From positions 171,594-235,593 of the forward strand of contig CAWJJC010000017.1 in assembly GCA_963843145.1 (NCBI GenBank): DNA of 64,000 nt. The letters run 5' to 3'. The translations under genes were made by a program, and so were the position numbers. The notes beneath the pieces were generated by a model that was not told the DNA's origin, did no database searches, and was given only the letters and a program-made list of their open reading frames with translations. This document shows, piece by piece, positions 1 to 10,017 of this stretch. Source of the stretch: an uncultured delta proteobacterium. Lineage in GTDB: Bacteria > Desulfobacterota > RBG-13-43-22. How positions within the stretch are numbered: position 1 is the stretch's first letter; each line of letters starts with the position of its first letter.

Positions 1-399
1 AAAGCATCCAACCTAAAAACTCGGGGTTACCACATTGGGATTTGGGCGAAGCACCTGAATGAAGTTGGAAACAGTCATGCCGGGTAAGTCTTCGTGATAA
101 AACCAATACGACCCACCGGCTGGTCTGGTCCGCCGCCTGATCGCTCTACCAGCAGAGTCACCTTTCTGAAGGCCAAAAGTTTTTGCCTTTTCGGGCGTGA
201 AGTAGCGAGTGGCTATATTGCTGAAGTCGAGCGCGCCGCTATTGGTGAAGTTGGTTGAACGTAGAACGGAGACGGCATATCTCACCTTCATCTGCGCCCC
301 AATCTCCCGAAAACTGCTTCTCCAAAAGCGTTCGAAGCGGTTTTGGCCGCCAGTCAGCCGGAATATCGCCAATAATGGTGTCGTGCGATGGGTCAGCAT
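1..399 (-). CDS. hsdS: Type I restriction-modification specificity subunit, N-terminal part (frameshifted, runs off window)
   Basis: Starts overlapping the hsdM stop; TRD-like segments (GDWG...VSVLRSTNFT...LQKGD...SNFIQVLRPN) are spread over shifted frames. Confidence 0.75.
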
Positions 400-2590
400 T
401 GAGAGGCCTCCATTTGAGCTGAGGCCATTTCCTTAAGAATATTTCTGCAATGCTTCCTGCGCTTTACTGGCTGCGCTTGCGGCTGTATTACGAGATTTGT
501 CAATGCCTCATCCAACGGCACCACCTTCTCCGGCTCAAAGGTGTCCACATACCGCGGCAGATTGAGGTTGAATTCGTTCTCCTCGATCTCGGCCTTGTCC
601 ACCACGGCGAAGTAGCGGCGCGCCTCGTCTGGGTCGGCGAAGATACGGCCCAGATCGGCGGCGGCTTCCCGCAGGTGGGCGATCTCCCGCTCGGCAGCCA
701 TTTTTATCTCCTGCTCGCGGCCGTCGCGCTCCTCCTGGAGTTTTTTCAGCTCCTTCACGGCCCTGTTCACCTGCTTAGTGCGCTCCTTGAGGGCGGCGAT
801 GAGCTTCTTGCGGGCATCTTCGAAGGCCTTTTTCGGTTGGACGAGCTTAGCTTTCAGCGCCGACTTCTCTCTGCGTCCGGCGGCGTTGATCTCGGCCTGC
901 ACCTGATCCAGCTCAGCTTTGAGGGGAAATAACGGATGAAAGTAGGGGTGTTCGGGGCTAATGGCCTCGTCAACCGCCTTCACCTTCATATCCAGCGCAT
1001 CGAGGGTGGTCTGTTCTTCCTCCAGTCTCGCCAGCGGGGCCAGCACTGGGCCGAAGGCGTCTTCAATATCTGCCAGGCGCTCGTCGCGCTGTCCCTCCAC
1101 CTCGCGGATCAGATGCGCCTCGTGTTCGGCGACCAGCACCTTGGCCTTGTCGAGATCCCCGAAGGCGTGCCAGGGGACCAGGATGCGCATCAGGTCCGAG
1201 GGGCGCAGCAGGTTCTGCGGGTTAGTCTTCTGAAAGTGGCGCGAGGCCCAGATCATCAGGGTCTTGCCCTTGCGCTCTTCAGGTTTATTTTTATTGAACA
1301 GCAGCAGGCAGGCGGGCACGCCGTTGCCGTAGAAGAGCTTGGAGGGGAGCACCACGATGCATTCGATAAGGTCAGCCTCCACGAAGCCGCGCCGGATCAG
1401 ATACTCGGCATCGGCCTTCTGGTTCTGGCCGTCCTCCTCCTCGGTCTGTTCGGGCTGGCCGCGGAACAGCACTCCCTGGGACATGACCACCATGCCCTTG
1501 CCGGATTCGCCTGTTTCCGGGTTGAATTCCTTGAGCGACGCGATGATCTGCAGCAGCCAGGCCCAGTCGCCATTGGAGGTGGGCGGCAGGCCGAAGGACA
1601 TGCGGCCGAATTTGTCGCCGGCGGCCACGGTATCGTGTCCCCAGTCCTCCAGCGAGAAGGGAGGATTCATGATGATGCGGTCGAACTGTTTCAGCCGATG
1701 GGCTGCCGAGAGATGGCGTGGGTCGCGGAGGCTGTCACCCTGTTTGTGGTCCCACACCGGCACGCCGTGCAGGATCATGTTGATGCGCGAAATGTTGTAG
1801 GTGACGACGTTGGACTCCTGCCCGTGCAGGAAGAGCTGGCGTACGTCTCCCCCGTGTTTCTTCACAAAGCGGAGGCACTGCAGCAGCAGACCTCCGGAGC
1901 CGCTGGCCCAGTCGCAGATGCTCATGCCCGGCCTGGGCTCCAGCATTTCGGCCATGAGAAACCGACCTCGGCCGGAGTGTAGAATTCGCCGCTGGACTTG
2001 CCCGCCTTGCTGGCAAAGTTGCGGATCAGATACTCGTAGGCGTTGCCGAACAGGTCGTCGGAAACGTGAGCGCGGTCGAATTTCTGGCTGCCGAAGTGGT
2101 TGATCAGGTTGACCAGTTTGTCGCGTGGAAGTTCGTCCTGCTTGTTGAAATCGATCTTGCCGGTAAGGATGCCGTCGAAATTGTTCTGCCGGTGGGCGTT
2201 GGCCCGCTCGATGGCCAGCATGGCATCGTTCAGGGCCTGACCGAGCTGACCCTTGGCGGTGCGGGCGACCTTGTCCCAAGCGGCTTCTTCAGGTACGGTG
2301 AAATGATGCAATTCCTTTTGGCGGGCGAGATATTCGGCTTGCTCATCCTTCAATCCCGAAATAGTCAATTTCGAGGCGTGTAGACGCACATCTTCCTCAA
2401 AACAGTCGTTGATCCGCTTGTAGAAAAGCAGAGCAAACACGTAGCCGCGAAACTCGGAATGATCGGCGTTGCCGCGGAGGATGTCCGCGGCCTTGTCGAG
2501 ATAGTTCTCCAACTCGGCCTTGGTCATGCGCCGCGTCGGGCGAACGATAATCGGCCTATCGAGCGTGGCGAGGAGTTCGTTCAGATCCAT
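393..2590 (-). CDS. hsdM: Type I RM N6-adenine methyltransferase (frameshift near 1960 joins ORFs 1922..2716 and 393..2279)
   Basis: N-terminal AADILRG...[19 protein letters not shown] (motif I), NPPF (motif IV), [10 protein letters not shown]-terminus. Confidence 0.92.
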
Positions 2591-2603
2591 GAATCTTCCA
2601 TTC

Positions 2604-2816
2604 CTATAAATTGAGGCTCGGCCCGATGTGCTTTTCTTTACAGAGCTGATCGAACTGCCGTCGGGCCAGCTTCGAGGGCACGGTCTTGCCGTTCTCCCAG
2701 CGATTAACTGTGGCAAAACTCACCCCCAAGGCATGAGCGAGTTCCTCCTGAGACAACCCTAATTGTCGTCGGACATCTTTTACCAGTTCAGTAAAGTTCT
2801 CAGATGGTCGGTTCAT
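2604..2816 (-). CDS. XRE/Cro-family HTH regulator (controller-like) upstream of hsdM
   Basis: [26 protein letters not shown]. Confidence 0.85.
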   Translation of the reverse strand: MNRPSENFTELVKDVRRQLGLSQEELAHALGVSFATVNRWENGKTVPSKLARRQFDQLCKEKHIGPSLNL

Positions 2817-3068
2817 TATTTTGAGTATCTTTCACTTGGGTTTAAGCAGGGCTACGCCGGGTACCTTTTTGCCATTTCATTCCATTGGAAAAATATAACA
2901 TATGCTATGCCTTCTGCAAGAAAAAAAGGGAATTTACAGATTTGTCGATGATGTCACATATGGATTTGCGTCAGAAAAGACGCCGGCTACCAGACAAGAC
3001 GCGGGGAGCGAGGGGAGAATTGTGTTAATTTTACGATTGGTTAGAAGCTGATGCGCATCATTCCAGGT

Positions 3069-3170
3069 TCAGAAGTGCTCAGTCGCAAAAGTTCGTCCTG
3101 GATGAGATTTCAGATAATGAAAAGTACTCAAGGGAGTGGCTTCCCACGGCGTGGTTCGAAACGCATCCTG
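3069..3170 (-). pseudogene. Remnant of a small GIY-YIG nuclease gene
   Basis: Minus-strand YLKSHPGRTFATEHF* resembles the usual C-terminus (YLKSxSGRAFAKKHF); preceded by a GCCACGGCATAGCC...GGCGAAGCCGGG palindromic repeat. Confidence 0.5.
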
Positions 3171-3410
3171 GTGTTTTTGTGGAAAAGATGCCCGGCTTCG
3201 CCCGATGGGCTATGCCGTGGCAGTCTTTGTCCTCCACAGCGTTCCGAACGAAGCCAGTGGGGCGATGTCCATCACATTCTCGGAAAATCATGCCGGAATA
3301 ATTACGTTTTTCAATAAATGTTTTTCAACGATACCCTCAAAAATACCCCCCATATAGCAACCGCCGATCCGCAAATTAAACATTCTGAAATTTTAATAAT
3401 ATAGACACAA

Positions 3411-3435
3411 AAAAGGGACGGTAGAAACCGTCCCC
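3411..3435 (-). terminator. Intrinsic terminator after the HicA-like gene
   Basis: Minus strand GGGACGGTTTCTACCGTCCC hairpin followed by a T run. Confidence 0.6.
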
Positions 3436-3463
3436 AGAGGGTTGCATATTTTAATTAAAAATC

Positions 3464-3787
3464 TCACCTTTGCGAATTTAGATCCGAAACATCTCTTTCT
3501 TTTAGTTTTTTATAATATTCGGGTCCAGTAAGACTACAATCAACTAATTCATTAAAATCGTTATCTTCCAACATTAACGCCTCCGCAATCCATTTGCTTT
3601 TGGAGGATCTCATTATTCTATCGTGTTCATTCGGAATCTTTACCTTTGTGATTAGAACTCCATCGATGTAAATATACCCTTTTTCATGGTCATTTCTACC
3701 TCGTAAAATTATTGGTTGAACTTTTTTCTTGATGCTGTGCCTTATTTCCTTCTCGGTAAAATTCTTAATTGCCACTTTTTTTGACAA
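3464..3787 (-). CDS. HicA-like toxin (probable GTG start at 3775)
   Basis: RGRNDH (catalytic His position), beta-strands YIYIDGVLITKVKIP, C-terminal ALMLEDNDFNELVDCSLT..Y..L; overlaps the upstream gene. Confidence 0.65.
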   Translation of the reverse strand: MSKKVAIKNFTEKEIRHSIKKKVQPIILRGRNDHEKGYIYIDGVLITKVKIPNEHDRIMRSSKSKWIAEALMLEDNDFNELVDCSLTGPEYYKKLKERDVSDLNSQR

Positions 3788-4253
3788 GTGAACAGAGGAT
3801 TTTTAACCAGGCACGTGGTTTTCCCCCCAATTTTTTTTTGGGGATGGATTGCAAATACTCATACAAGTCGAGTAATTCACCTTCCAAATCGGTCAAAGCT
3901 GAAATTTCATCGCTACCTTCGCCATAAAGTTCCAAGTCGGCTCTAATAGCGAGGACCTCGTCTTTGTACCTTTCAACTGTTGCTTCAATCAGTGTTTTTG
4001 CAGCATATCGCTTGTCAATGAAATCGCAAATAAATGCTTCCATTGAAACAGGTTCATCCAATGCGTCAATCGTTGAGCGGTCCCCTAGGGGGTGAAGGTA
4101 CTTTAAAATGTTCTCAACCCCGGACGTGCCGGTTTGCGGCCTTACCCTAGTGGAAGTAACGGTCGCTGTAAAAGGATGATAATCGATTAGAAATTGATAA
4201 GCTCCCCGGGTATCGCAAGATGGAATTGACTGCCAATCCTCAACGTTTTTCAT
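3765..4253 (-). CDS. HicB-like antitoxin with ~85-aa N-terminal extension
   Basis: C-terminal half IEATVERYKDEVLAIRADLELYGEGSDEISALTDLEGELLDLYEYL fits the HicB partial RNase H fold. Confidence 0.65.
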   Translation of the reverse strand: MKNVEDWQSIPSCDTRGAYQFLIDYHPFTATVTSTRVRPQTGTSGVENILKYLHPLGDRSTIDALDEPVSMEAFICDFIDKRYAAKTLIEATVERYKDEVLAIRADLELYGEGSDEISALTDLEGELLDLYEYLQSIPKKKLGGKPRAWLKILCSLVKKSGN

Positions 4254-4632
4254 GACTTATCTTTTCTTTCTTGTCGATGATTTTATCCAACTTCTTTATT
4301 CTATCATCGAGCCAATTCCTCAGTATTTTGGCGGTTTCTAAGTTCATCACGATACCGGCTTCGATTTCACGGACAATACCTTGCTTTCCTACGCGCTTTA
4401 GCTCTTTTCCCAATCGTCCTTCGGGACCAACTTCATGTTCAATTATTTGAGGAGTAACTTGCCTTTGAAGGAAAAGATCCATATAAATCATTAAGTTGGG
4501 TGTTACCCCACCGAAAATGCCGTCCACATAATAACTCCGGTAGCCGGCGGTTTTAATGTAGTTAACATCAACAGTTTTTGGAGGACTTTGAACGTCCACT
4601 CTGGCATTTTCTTTTTTCTTGGAAGAAGTCAT
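4240..4632 (-). CDS. Hypothetical protein, DUF3467-like
   Basis: YRSYYVDGIFGGVTP...IYMDLF...REIEAGIVMNLETAKILRNWLDDRI pattern; first gene of a coupled three-gene operon. Confidence 0.55.
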   Translation of the reverse strand: MTSSKKKENARVDVQSPPKTVDVNYIKTAGYRSYYVDGIFGGVTPNLMIYMDLFLQRQVTPQIIEHEVGPEGRLGKELKRVGKQGIVREIEAGIVMNLETAKILRNWLDDRIKKLDKIIDKKEKISHEKR

Positions 4633-4831
4633 TGTTTACCTTGAAGTATATATTGAGTAATTCCAGATACCATATCTCAAAATAGCCGTCAACATTTTTT
4701 TGGGGTATTTTTCGGGCAGAATCATACCCTTACAATAGGCTAAGATGATGGCCCCCTCGGACAAAGGACAATAAAAAACCCGCTTTTTACTGCGGGTTAT
4801 GTCCTTCTTTGGTTTATGTTGGATTGCCTTC

Positions 4832-5182
4832 TGGTGGAGGCGGCGGGAGTCGAACCCGCGTCCGAAAATAGGTCACTTAGGCCTCTACATACTTGTCCTG
4901 GTTTTTATTTGTTCGCCGACCCGTTTTCCACCAGGCGGGAATTCCGGCCAGCTATCCTATTTAAAGTTTCACCTTTTCGGCAACAGGCAACCCGATCCGG
5001 CTATCCTGCTAATCGACACCTCTGGTCCCTCCGCAGGCTGAAAAACCGAGGTGTTAGCCTATTAAGCGGCTAAGGCGTAGTTGTAGTCGTCTGCGACTAT
5101 GTTTTCCTACCAAGTTTACGAGTTGATAGGAACTCGGTATGCCACCCAAGCTAAGTATCCCCGTCGAAACCGTTTCGCCCCC
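4832..5182 (-). ncRNA. ssrA: tmRNA; tag peptide (A)ADDYNYALAA
   Basis: 5' GGGGGCGAAACGGTTTCGACGGGG, 3' GGTTCGACTCCCGCCGCCTCCACCA, tag ORF at ~5062-5094, adjacent to smpB. Confidence 0.97.
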
Positions 5183-5243
5183 TTTCTTATTATTATATTT
5201 TATTATAAGGTATTTTTATTAAAAAGTCAATGCCCCACCGGCG

Positions 5244-5702
5244 TTACTTTTTACTACGCAGGTTGCGCTGCATCTCCCGCTGCTCATCCCTTTCCCGGAT
5301 GGTTTCCCGCTTATCGTACAGTTTCTTCCCCTTGGCCAGAGCGACCTCCACCTTGGCCTTTCCACTCCGGAAATAAAGTTTCAGCGGGATGAGGGTCAAC
5401 CCCTTGCCCTGGATTTTCCCCATGATGCGCTTGATTTCATGGCGGTGCAGCAACAGCTTTCGGACCCGGGTGGGGTCCTGTTCGCCGGCCGGCGCATTTT
5501 CATAGGGACTGATATGGGCCTGGAGAAGCCAGATTTCCCCGCCCTTGATCTGGGCATAACTATCCTTCAGATTGGCCCGGCCCAGGCGTAAAGACTTCAC
5601 TTCCGGCCCGCTCAAAGCCAATCCCGCCTCCAGGGCCTCCAGGATCTGATAATCATGATGGGCCTTCCGATTTTGGCAGATAATCTTAATGGTTTCAGCC
5701 AT
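5244..5702 (-). CDS. smpB: SsrA-binding protein
   Basis: NRKAHHDY, EVKSLR, RKLLLH, KGKKLYDKR. Confidence 0.98.
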   Translation of the reverse strand: MAETIKIICQNRKAHHDYQILEALEAGLALSGPEVKSLRLGRANLKDSYAQIKGGEIWLLQAHISPYENAPAGEQDPTRVRKLLLHRHEIKRIMGKIQGKGLTLIPLKLYFRSGKAKVEVALAKGKKLYDKRETIRERDEQREMQRNLRSKK

Positions 5703-5758
5703 GGTCGTTCAGTCTTTTACATCTTTAAAATTTGAACCAAAAATTCAAAAATTTTTGG

Positions 5759-7546
5759 TTAGGAATAGAGTAAGTTGCCGTTCGGCCCGAATAAATCCGG
5801 GAATCGCTTGGCCATCTCATGGCGCACGTACCGGTTAATCTGCCCGACGGTGGTCAAGGTCAGCACTTCCTCGACAACCCGTCGGGATTCCTGGTAGGAG
5901 ATCAGGCGGATGACCTGCTTCACCCGGGGGATGGTAACGGGATTCATGCTCAACTCGTCCAATCCCAACCCCAGCAGGATGGGTATATAGAGCGGGTCGC
6001 CGGCCATCTCGCCGCACATGGCCACCGGGATATCCGCCCGATGACCGGCCTCGATGGTCTGATGAATCAGCCGCAAAATAGCCGGATGCAGGGGCTGATA
6101 CATGTGGGCCACGTGTTCGTTGACCCGGTCGATGGCCAGGGTGTATTGGATCAGATCATTCGTACCGATGCTGAAGAAATCGACCTCCCGGGCCAGCAGA
6201 TCGGCCGTAGCCACCGCTGAGGGTATTTCGATCATGATCCCGATCGGGATCTTGGGATCAAAGCGAATCCCCTCGGACCGCAACTCGGCCTCCACTTCCC
6301 GCAAGATGGCCTTGGCCTGCAATACTTCATCAACATCTGAAATCATGGGGAACAAAATTTTCAAACGGCCGTAGAGACTGGCCCGCAAAATGGCCCGAAG
6401 TTGGCGTTTGAAAATATGCACCTCCTTGAGGCAAAAACGTATGGCCCGAAGTCCCAAGGCCGGATTCATTTCCTCGGCCAATTCCATTTGAGAGACGAAC
6501 TTATCCCCCCCGATATCCAGGGTTCGGATGGTTACCGGGACCGGAGCGATCCGACGGGCCACCTCCTTAAAGTTTTCATATAGGGTTTCTTCCTTGGGCA
6601 GTTCTTTTTGGCTTAAATAGAAAAATTCGGTACGAAAAAGGCCGATTCCCTCCGCCCCGCTGTCCACCACCGCCCCCAACTCTTCCATGAATTCTATGTT
6701 GGCTCGGACCTTCACGGCGTGTCCGTCCAAGGTTACGGCCGGCAAATGACTGTAGCGGGCTATTTCCGCTCGAAATTTTTCGTAGTTTTCCTTTCTGTCC
6801 GAGTAATCCTGGACCGTTTTCTGATCCGGATTGATGATCACCCCTCCGTTGGTGCCGTCCAGGATGATCAGACTGCCGCTGCTGAATTCCTGAGTAATCC
6901 GCTCCAGACCCACCACCGCCGGTATTTCCAGGGATTGGGCAATAATCGCCGTGTGGGAAGTTTTCCCCCCCATATCGGTGGCAAACCCCAGGACCCGGTC
7001 CAGGCGCATCTGGCTGGTATCCGCCGGGGAGAGGTCATGGGCGACGATAATCACCGGTTCGCGGACCTCGGACAGGCTCTCCACCTTTTTCCCGGTTAAG
7101 TTCCGGAGGATCCGTTCGGAAACATCCTCCACGTCTTTGAACCGGGAGCGGATATACTCATCCTTGATCTTGGCAAAGGCCTCCTGGGCCTTTTCCACGG
7201 ACTTTTTTATGGCCCATTCGGCATTGATCTGTTCGGATCTAATCTGCTCCAGGGTATGATCAAAGAGCAGTTTATCCCGCAGGATCAGGCGATGGGAGTC
7301 GAAAATGCCGGCCTGGTCCTTGATTTCCTCCGGCATCTCCTCCTGGATCTGTCGTAGTTGTTCCTCCGCCCGATCCACGGCCTGACGGAAGCGCTCGATT
7401 TCCTCCACGACTTTATTATCGTCCAGGAGATACTGGTAGATCACCTTGACCCGACTGCGGTCAACCAGGTAGGCCCGCCCGATGGCTACTCCGGCCGAGG
7501 CCCCGATGCCCTTTAAAAACCGCATTGTATTCTTTTTTTGGGTCAT
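5759..7546 (-). CDS. ptsI: PEP-protein phosphotransferase (enzyme I)
   Basis: GGKTSHTAI phospho-His motif, GIGLFRTEF, SIGTNDLIQY. Confidence 0.97.
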   Translation of the reverse strand: MTQKKNTMRFLKGIGASAGVAIGRAYLVDRSRVKVIYQYLLDDNKVVEEIERFRQAVDRAEEQLRQIQEEMPEEIKDQAGIFDSHRLILRDKLLFDHTLEQIRSEQINAEWAIKKSVEKAQEAFAKIKDEYIRSRFKDVEDVSERILRNLTGKKVESLSEVREPVIIVAHDLSPADTSQMRLDRVLGFATDMGGKTSHTAIIAQSLEIPAVVGLERITQEFSSGSLIILDGTNGGVIINPDQKTVQDYSDRKENYEKFRAEIARYSHLPAVTLDGHAVKVRANIEFMEELGAVVDSGAEGIGLFRTEFFYLSQKELPKEETLYENFKEVARRIAPVPVTIRTLDIGGDKFVSQMELAEEMNPALGLRAIRFCLKEVHIFKRQLRAILRASLYGRLKILFPMISDVDEVLQAKAILREVEAELRSEGIRFDPKIPIGIMIEIPSAVATADLLAREVDFFSIGTNDLIQYTLAIDRVNEHVAHMYQPLHPAILRLIHQTIEAGHRADIPVAMCGEMAGDPLYIPILLGLGLDELSMNPVTIPRVKQVIRLISYQESRRVVEEVLTLTTVGQINRYVRHEMAKRFPDLFGPNGNLLYS

Positions 7547-7550
7547 GGTC

Positions 7551-7814
7551 TCAGTCTTCCCCAAACTTATCTTCAATGAGGGTCTCCACGGCCGCCATCA
7601 GCGCTTCCGCCTGTTCCCCTTCCGTGCGGACCGTAATCTTGGAACCAAAAGGACAGGCCAGGATCAATAAATTCAAAATGCTTTTCCCGTCCACTTCCTG
7701 GCCGTCAAAGCGGATAAAGAGGTCGGCCTGAAAAGGTTGGCTGATTTGAACCAATTTGGCTGAAGACCGGGCATGGAGCCCCAGTTGATTCTTGATGATA
7801 AATTGTCGTTCCAT
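7551..7814 (-). CDS. ptsH: Phosphocarrier HPr
   Basis: GLHAR and DGKSIL motifs. Confidence 0.95.
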   Translation of the reverse strand: MERQFIIKNQLGLHARSSAKLVQISQPFQADLFIRFDGQEVDGKSILNLLILACPFGSKITVRTEGEQAEALMAAVETLIEDKFGED

Positions 7815-7821
7815 GGCTTTA

Positions 7822-8532
7822 TCAAGGAGTTTTTCCTTCGGAAGGGGCCAGGATAAGCGTTATTTCCCCCAAAACTTCTTTGTCTCCGAGGCCTTGGAGC
7901 ACCTGGCTTACCGTTCCAGAAAGCAATTCTTCGTGTATTTTAGTCAACTCCCGGGTCAAAAAGACATCGATGTCTCCCAGCAAATCTCTTATTTCCGCCA
8001 ATAACTTCTTAATCCGGTAGGGGGATTCATAAAGCACTACCGTTCGGCCCTGGGCGGCCATTTCCTCGAGGATTCTCCTCCTCCGGCTCTTGCGTCTGGG
8101 CAGAAACCCCAAAAAAACGAAGGCCCCCCCTTCCATCCCCGAGACGCTAAGGGCGCAGGCCACAGCGGAGGGACCCGGAATAGGCACTACCGGGATCCCG
8201 GACTCCCGAGCCTGGCGGACCAATTCCTGACCGGGATCACTGATCCCCGGAGTACCCCCGTCGGTCACCAGGCCGACCTGCTCCCCTCGGAGCAAACGCT
8301 CTATCAGCACCCGGGATTTGCCCTGTTTATTGTACTCATGGTAGCTGGTCAGGGGCACATGGAGATCATACGCGGCCAGCAATTTCTGAGTTCTCCGGGT
8401 GTCTTCAGCGGCAATCAGGTTGGAGGTCTTCAGCACCTCCAGGGCCCTCAGGGTGATATCCTTAAGGTTTCCCAGGGGAGTCGCCACCACATAAAGGGTT
8501 CCCGGTTCGCCGGCTGCCCCGGTCCGTTCCAT
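7822..8532 (-). CDS. rsmI: 16S rRNA C1402 2'-O-methyltransferase
   Basis: LYVVATPLGNL, AAEDTR, GTPGISDPG, RELTKIHEE. Confidence 0.96.
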   Translation of the reverse strand: MERTGAAGEPGTLYVVATPLGNLKDITLRALEVLKTSNLIAAEDTRRTQKLLAAYDLHVPLTSYHEYNKQGKSRVLIERLLRGEQVGLVTDGGTPGISDPGQELVRQARESGIPVVPIPGPSAVACALSVSGMEGGAFVFLGFLPRRKSRRRRILEEMAAQGRTVVLYESPYRIKKLLAEIRDLLGDIDVFLTRELTKIHEELLSGTVSQVLQGLGDKEVLGEITLILAPSEGKTP

Positions 8533-8921
8533 TATCCTACCAGATCGAAGGCATTGCGAAACAATTCAATCCGCTCCCCCTGGCGCTCCAGATCGACCGC
8601 CACCACATCAAACCGGGCCGGGCGGTCCTTCCAGGCCTTCAAATTCAAATAATACAAGGCCAACCGCGACAGCTTCATTTGCTTCTTTCGATCTACCGCC
8701 CACTTGGCCGATCCAAAGGAGGTCGACTCTCGGGTCTTAACCTCCACGAAAACCAAGGTCTGACCTTCGCGGGCGACAATATCGATTTCTCCGATGGGGG
8801 TCTTGAAATTCCGCTCGATTATTTTATAGCCCTTCTCTTTCAATAGCGTACAGGCCAGCGCTTCTCCCCGAGCCCCCAGGTTAGGCAAAGCCCGGTCGGC
8901 AACTCCGGCGCTATTCTCCAT
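8532..8921 (-). CDS. yraN: YraN/UPF0102 family protein
   Basis: GEIDIVA, LVFVEVKTR, RFDVVAV. Confidence 0.93.
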   Translation of the reverse strand: MENSAGVADRALPNLGARGEALACTLLKEKGYKIIERNFKTPIGEIDIVAREGQTLVFVEVKTRESTSFGSAKWAVDRKKQMKLSRLALYYLNLKAWKDRPARFDVVAVDLERQGERIELFRNAFDLVG

Positions 8922-9549
8922 CGCGGGCCACCCCCCTGAAGCTCCGCCGATGAAGGGGGCAAGGGCCGTAGCGACGCAAAGCCTCCAGGTGTTCCCGCGT
9001 CCCATACCCCTTGTTGCCGGGAAAATTATATTCAGGGAAGCGGATATGGCAGGATTCCATCATCTTGTCCCGAATGACTTTGGCCACGATGGAGGCCGCC
9101 CCGATCGTCAGGCTGCGGGCATCTCCCCGGATCAGGCACTGTTGGGGGACCGCAAGATCAAGCGCCCGGTTACCGTCCACCAGCAGAAGGTCCGGAGCAA
9201 TCGGCAACCGCAGGACGGCCGTTTTCATGGCCTTCAAGGCCGCTTGAAGAATATTGATCCGATCCACCTCTCCGGCATCCACGGACCCTAACCCAATGGC
9301 CAGGGCCTTTTCCCGGATGAGGGGGAAAAGGGCTTCCCTTTGTTTGGCCGTTAATTTTTTGGAATCGGTGATACCCGGGATGAGCACCGCAGTGGGGAAG
9401 ATCACCGCGGCGGCAAGAACCGGTCCGGCCAACGGTCCCCGGCCGACTTCATCTACACCGGCAATACATAGCGATTCGAGGGATCGAAGGGAAAACTCAT
9501 AATAGACTGGGGCGCTCTGTCGGTTTGCTCGACGGCCCATTTGATTCAA
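8911..9549 (-). CDS. rnhB: Ribonuclease HII
   Basis: GVDEVGRGPLAGPV, DSKKL, AASIVAKV, HRRSF. Confidence 0.96.
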   Translation of the reverse strand: MNQMGRRANRQSAPVYYEFSLRSLESLCIAGVDEVGRGPLAGPVLAAAVIFPTAVLIPGITDSKKLTAKQREALFPLIREKALAIGLGSVDAGEVDRINILQAALKAMKTAVLRLPIAPDLLLVDGNRALDLAVPQQCLIRGDARSLTIGAASIVAKVIRDKMMESCHIRFPEYNFPGNKGYGTREHLEALRRYGPCPLHRRSFRGVARDGE

Positions 9550-9634
9550 ATTCGAAATCCGAATACCCTGCCTTAGGCGGGGAACAAATTCAAACGATCA
9601 TATCTCAAAATAGAGCGGCGGAAGAGCCAACTCC

Positions 9635-9994
9635 TCAGGCGGGTTTTTGAAAGGTCCTTTTCTCTTTTATACGCGCCGCCCGGCCTTTTAGACCCCTTAA
9701 ATAATAAAGCCTGGCCCGCCGCACCTTTCCTCGGCTGATAATATCGATCCGGTCGATCGACGGGGAGTGAGTGGGGAAGATACGTTCCACTCCCACGCCG
9801 TAAGAAACTTTCCGCACCGTAAAAGTCGCCCCGGTATTCCCTTTCCGATTGCGGATGACCACGCCCTCGAAAACCTGGATCCGTTCTTTTTCGCCTTCTT
9901 TTATTTTCACATGGACTCGAATCTGATCACCGGTCCGAATGTCGGGCAAATCGGCACGCATTTGTTCTTTTTCCAACAAGGTTAAGACATCCAC
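9635..9994 (-). CDS. rplS: 50S ribosomal protein L19
   Basis: [26 protein letters not shown]. Confidence 0.98.
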   Translation of the reverse strand: MDVLTLLEKEQMRADLPDIRTGDQIRVHVKIKEGEKERIQVFEGVVIRNRKGNTGATFTVRKVSYGVGVERIFPTHSPSIDRIDIISRGKVRRARLYYLRGLKGRAARIKEKRTFQKPA

Positions 9995-10017
9995 GGCTTT
10001 ACTCCTCTATAGATAAT

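Larger units (their letters stand above)
3255..4850. mobile_element. Integrase-less mini genomic island at the tmRNA 3' end
   Basis: AT-rich insert; P4-integrase-type arm motifs (GGGGTATTTTT) at ~3331-3352 and ~4701-4730; possible degenerate att core near 3255-3265. Confidence 0.55.

Noticed and set aside
4799-5392. Plus-strand ORFs over tmRNA, and ORFs over the tRNAs at 13361-13775
   Set aside because: Shadow ORFs of RNA genes
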